A stretch of DNA of 63,435 nucleotides, the filler included, from Phoronis australis (taxonomy: Eukaryota > Animalia > Phoronida): NCBI GenBank assembly GCA_002633005.1. It is 8 parts of 8 records of this genome, joined end to end, with 100 filler letters (N's around TTAATTAATTAA, not from the genome) between each part and the next. Parts side by side here need not be neighbours in the genome. Positions count along the whole stretch, not along the records: positions 56,613 to 61,745 come from NMRA01002413.1; positions 61,846 to 63,435 come from NMRA01003919.1; 6 more parts are not named here. One strand, given 5' to 3'. The notes beneath the pieces were generated by a model. It was not told where the DNA came from, searched no databases, and was given only the letters and a program-made list of their open reading frames with translations. The position numbers and the translations under genes were made by a program. Numbering within the stretch: the first letter of the stretch is position 1; every line of letters begins with the position of its first letter. This document shows positions 61,661 to 63,435 of the stretch, piece by piece.

Positions 61661-61745
61661 AGGTGGGCCTAACTGTGAGCGGGGCATAATTGCGGCCAGG
61701 CCCTAACTGTGGGCTGGGCTTAAAAGTGGGCAGGGCCTAACTGTG
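61661..61745. repeat. About 19-bp GC-rich minisatellite running into the gap
   Basis: Units resembling GGGCCTAACTGTG. Confidence 0.7.
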
Positions 61746-63074
61746 NNNNNNNNNNNNNNNNNNNNNNNNNNNNNNNNNNNNNNNNNNNNTTAATTAATTA
61801 ANNNNNNNNNNNNNNNNNNNNNNNNNNNNNNNNNNNNNNNNNNNNTATTCTCAATCCTCCTCTTGTTTTACTCTGCAACATAGCTCGTGGCGTACCCCGG
61901 GCAAAATAGATTACGATAAATAAAGATTTTGTACTGTAAAAATGCACTCGGGCTATTGAAAAAACACCGAGTCAGTCTCACGATGACTTAAAACTGGTGG
62001 ACAGGAATTTGAGGAATACGACTGCTAAAATTAAAATTAAACCAAATTTTTGTATGTTAGTCATCAAAAAGAATCACGATCCTTGATCTCGGTACAAACA
62101 AAAATCTCCAAAACCGCGGTTCTTGTATTCTCTAACAAAAATTGTGGAAATTTTAATCAGTGACACCGAAAAAACCTGAAACAATTCCCAATCAAAAACA
62201 AATTACCTCAACTTGAATTCCGCAGAGTGCGTGCGTATACTTGTTCATTCCCGGCGTTCATTCAAACCCTTTCAACAACACTCATGATCCACCTAACTGT
62301 GTGTCAGTCACCAGTTCCCGGTTGCATGAAACAGTTCCAAATAAGGACTCAACTAAGTTCCTTGAATCTTTTGTGTATTTGTGTTGTTCTCACAGATGTA
62401 TTTCTCATATCATACCTCCATTATGACCTTCCCTTTAATGAATGAAGTTTTTTAAAAATGCAGCTAAAAACTAAACCCTTCGTTCAACGAAAATAAATTG
62501 TTGCTTTAAATAGTCTTTAAATTAAAGGCTTTGCATGAAAAGATCCCTACTTATTTTTAATAATAATGAAAGTGCCACGTAGAGTTCACTCTCGATTTGT
62601 ATTTTAATACAAAAAAGCCAAAAACTGATATAGTAATGGAACTAACGCAACATAAAGAAAGACAATTAGTGTAGTCCACAGATACGCAGTAGATTTAGGA
62701 AGCTTAGTCGAGTTCCTGTTAGACTTTTTCATGTAGCCGACATTGGTGGCAAGACCGTCTTGTCCACAGACGGCTCACAGTAGAACTGGCAAACCACATG
62801 TCATGGAAATCGACAACATTTCGTGAGTCCGTTCAAAGACAATTCGGCAAAGACACAATTAACAAGAAACAAGGGCAGAAGAAATGAAAGTCAGTAATCA
62901 AAAGCAGAAACGGTCGCTTGACAGATAATCCCATGATTATAATATTTTCGTCTGAAAATGCCGCATGTGGTTAAATGTGGAAATAATCCAACTGGATTTA
63001 AGTAAGATACTACACCCTTTTGTGGGCTTACGAAGCAAGATCAAGTGACAACGTATAGACTGAACGAGTAATCT

Positions 63075-63435
63075 ATAAGGATAATTATAATAATGATAAT
63101 AACGATAAAGGTGATTATGGCAATGCTGGTGACGGTGCATGATGGTGGTTGTGGCGGTGGTGGGTGACGATGATCAATGCTGACAAAAATGATGAAAAAT
63201 ATAGCCTTGTGTCTTAAACCTTATCGAGATTACATGATAAACGATTATGTGCGAAACACGATTATGATGAAGATGACTATGATGATGACTATGGTGATGT
63301 CTACGATGATGGTGCTGATGATTATGAGGCACCCATGACACGGACGAGCTCAAAGATGACGCTTCCGACATCATCGACGACCTCAAAAAACACAGTATCA
63401 CATCGTCATCACCGTCATCATTGTCATCATCATCA
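63075..63435. repeat. Degenerate (GAT)n / (CAT)n trinucleotide low-complexity region
   Basis: GAT/GGT-rich to about 63330 and CAT-rich from about 63370; explains the His-rich ORFs. Confidence 0.85.

Noticed and set aside
63174-63401. His-rich ORFs as metal-binding peptides
   Set aside because: They are the reverse translation of a degenerate (GAT)n tract.

Overview
This is eukaryotic (metazoan, invertebrate-looking) genomic DNA with spliceosomal introns, not a prokaryotic window. It is also not one locus. Seven identical 100-bp spacers (44 N + TTAATTAATTAA + 44 N) join eight separate scaffolds, and several single-N junctions carry duplicated overlaps. Genes were identified by motif and family recall plus splice-phase checks, with no database search. 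They are partial TBC1D30 (+), partial SPATA7 (+), a partial ANKRD26/CCDC144-type coiled-coil gene (-), a partial gene with at least two tandem CTHRC1 C-terminal domains (+), a THAP-domain exon (-), a complete single-coding-exon RING-Bbox-Bbox-coiled coil-NHL TRIM gene (+), and the last exon of MFSD3 (+). Mobile DNA is dense: an internally deleted piggyBac inside a minisatellite, a 5'-truncated L1/Tx1 LINE with a target-site duplication (TSD), CR1/L2 relics, a Gypsy integrase with 3' LTR, a decayed THAP + YqaJ-exonuclease (ISL2EU-like) transposon, several MITEs and many minisatellites. The best candidates for something undescribed are the tandem CTHRC1-domain protein built from a repeated 3-exon module, and a decayed family of LRR-transmembrane receptor genes that includes an inverted pair.
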